Position numbers and translations under genes: made by a program | From: Octopus sinensis | Taxonomy: Eukaryota | DNA length: 64,000 nucleotides | Direction: 5' to 3' | Assembly: GCF_006345805.1 (NCBI RefSeq) | Contig: NW_021835996.1 | Coordinates: forward strand, 310,001 to 374,000 | Shown: positions 61,430-64,000 of the stretch, piece by piece | Layout: each line of letters opens with the position of its first letter | Position numbering within the stretch: the stretch's first letter is position 1 | The notes under the pieces: model-generated | Database searches by the model: none | Told to the model about the DNA's origin: nothing | What the model saw: the letters and a program-made list of their open reading frames with translations, nothing else

Positions 61430-62215
61430 GGAAATTCTTTGTTTGGTGTGTACTCAAGAAATTTCAGTGGCTAGAGAATATAACATTCGACGTCACTACG
61501 AAACCCACCATGTTGAAGAATATAATAGCTTGATGGGAAAAATGAGAAAGGATAAGAGCATTCACTACTTGTATGTTTTCAGAATCGGCAATCTTTTGCC
61601 AAATTTCGAGATGATAATGAGGATCATCAAAACCATATAGTGATCGTGATTTTATAAAATCATGAATTATGAAAGCTACTGAAATCATATGCCCTACTAA
61701 TTGACCTGATTTCGAAAGCATTAGTCTTGCAAAAATACTTTGGTGAATAGTATTTTAGATTTTGCCGTTGATTTTCATAATCAACTTTAGGTGAAAATCA
61801 CTTATTCATTACCTTTTCATTGCTATTAACGATAGGACTGACATACTGGATGTGGTTAAGTTAGCTCTTTTATTCATAGTGTGGACAAGAATTTGACGGT
61901 CACAAAGGAATTTCTTGATTTGATATCTATGACAAACTACACTACCACAAATGAAATATTCGAATCTCTTGTCATTGTCTAAGATAAGTTTGGAGTGTTA
62001 TTGTAGCTACAGATGATGTTTTTGCTCAATTCAGAGAGAAGTTACGGCTGCAAATGCAAGATGTGATTTTTGGATATTTCACTGTATTTTGCCTCAGGAG
62101 GTACTCTGCATTAAATCGAAGCGGTCGTCTGGACAGTAAATTTTGTCTGTGTCAGAGGTCTAAATCACCGTTTTGATTTTAACCACGGATTATCATATCA
62201 CTCCGAGGTAAGGTG
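61430..62215 (+). mobile_element. Heavily degenerate hAT (SPIN-like) transposase remnant
   Basis: CLVC..EYNIRRHYETHH, FHCILPQE, YHSEVR. Confidence 0.75.
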
Positions 62216-63231
62216 TATAGATTATCGCAGTCGTTCTTGAACCTTTTTTTGACTCACCTTGGCATCTAAATAATTTTTCGCCTAACCCTTATCGATGTAA
62301 AAAAATATTAAATTAATGAGATGGATGGTGTTGTTTATCAATGACTAATCTTTCTATTTCTGGATTTTTTAACAAAAGACATTCTCGAACATCATGCACA
62401 ACATTCAGTCTCGGACGATTAACTGATTTCAAAATGATCAATGATGAAAGTCATTGTTCGAAGAGATATTTAGTTGGAAACAACAGCACAAAATCGATTA
62501 CATAAAAAATCCAAAATCCATTAGATTCGTAAGAATTTATTAATTCGATAAATTCTTTTTGAATTTTAGAAAGTAAATCATAAACTTTTACAAAAAAGGA
62601 TTGACAAAAAGTTCAAGATTTATTTCATTAATTTAACCTATATTTTTCAACTTCTTTCTTCAATTCAAGTAAATGGGAAGTTATTTAATTTTTTAAATTT
62701 TCTATTTGATTCAAATTTAGATAGCAGATGTAATCATTCAACTTATCAAACATAGTAAAATTAGAATTTGTTTTATTAGCAAATGCACTGCTGATGTTTC
62801 ACACCGTTTTTAACCACGAAATAATATCCATAGCTGAGATAATTATCGTTTTATTTTTAAATCTAAGAATACGAAAAGTTTTCTATCCGCGGTGCGGCCA
62901 CTGGCGAATCTTAATTTCCTAATATGTATTGACTGTACATAATTAATTATCTTTCAAAAAAATACGAAAAGTTCTTTGCTGTTATAACTGATGTTGTATA
63001 TAATTAAGAAATGTAAATGATTTTATGCCAATTACATGATTGAATCGATACATCTGTACTCCGCTTAAGAATTACTCTATTCTAAGTTATGTAACTTTTA
63101 TCACATACTTGAAGACTACACTTATTCTAAAATATAAATTATTTTATATTTACGCGTAAAGCATTACTAAGAAAACAAATTAGTGAATTTAAAGATTAAA
63201 AATATAAGTGAACTTTGATAAATATAATAAA

Positions 63232-64000
63232 TTAAACATCATCAGTTGATATGATTGTAGAACTCGTGGATGTGACCTCTGTCGAATCACACTAAGATAA
63301 GGCAAAGGATCTTACATGACCCTTCACTATTTTGACTAATAACTCGAGCAACGTCGCAGCTTCATGTCTGGCGCTTCGGTGATAGAGAGTAGCCAGATTC
63401 GACAAAGCCGTTAAAATAGAATCTCTTAGCAATATTTACATTCTGCCATACCCATAGGTATCTACTATTTTGATCCATTTAGGGAGAACTCCATTCAACA
63501 ATTCAGATCTACTTTGCCCAATTGTCCCTTTACGTTCCCTTTCTTCTGCAATCTCCCAAATAGACAAGCCAGAGTCTCCAACATCAGAAACTCTGTCCAT
63601 TTTCGACTGAAATTCACTGATCACGGACTTATATAAAGCTTCGGCCTCGTCGAACTTGGTTAGTTTAAGGTATGCAGATGCCTTCGAATGACTGACAGTG
63701 AGTACCAAATTATTAGTAGTCTTCATTATATTCAGATCATCTCTGTCGGCCAATCCACGGTAAATATCCAACGCCCGCAAATAGTAACCCTCCACATCAC
63801 CATACTTTCCTTGGTGTTGACAGACAAGACCAAGATTATTCAGCTGTTTGGCTGTATCAGGGTGGTCGTATCCCAATGTCTGTTCCCTAATCATCAATGC
63901 TCTCTTGCAGAGAGGCTCAGCTTCTCGATAACGTCCTCGTTTTCCCAATAAAATCGCCAAATTATTGAGAGTTGCAGCGACAGAGGGATGATTGTCACCC
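63232..64000 (-). CDS. KLC: Kinesin light chain, 3' part (continues beyond window)
   Basis: HPSVAATLNNLAILLGKRGRYREAEPLCKRAL.IRE..LG.DHPD.AKQLNNL; NNL|ASAYLK after a 24-nt intron 63682-63705; LSNLATLY; last exon predicted. Confidence 0.93.

Overview
AT-rich animal (eukaryotic) genomic DNA, not prokaryotic. Compact host genes are split by ultra-short spliceosomal introns (22-30 nt in the models I measured) with almost no donor consensus beyond GT, and two need GC donors. This fits a reduced parasite genome; dicyemid-like is my best guess, with myxozoan as the alternative (inference). Host genes reconstructed by hand: a DEAH (Prp43-like) pseudogene, a penta-EF-hand ALG-2-like protein, EXD3/mut-7, pantothenate kinase, TAF12 (not recognisable in the ORF track), RTN4IP1, an SMSr-like sphingomyelin synthase, a micro-exon FG/RanBD nucleoporin, an intronless DDX11, DPH7, CHMP4, kinesin light chain and a few orphans. 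Roughly half the window is transposon-derived: hAT/Buster, pogo/Tigger, Tc1, Ginger, Helitron, CRE-like, RLE-type, RTE and other LINEs. Most notable observations: (1) four DNA transposases appear to carry host-sized 24-31 nt introns; (2) an exact nested stack of LINE > hAT > Helitron > 95-bp tandem array; (3) a preserved hAT hairpin (P-nucleotide) footprint; (4) a hAT-ended element whose body is a LINE RT fragment; (5) a near-intact 3.6-kb RLE retrotransposon with a target site duplication. No rRNA, tRNA or CRISPR array was seen. All gene models are manual and unverified by transcripts.
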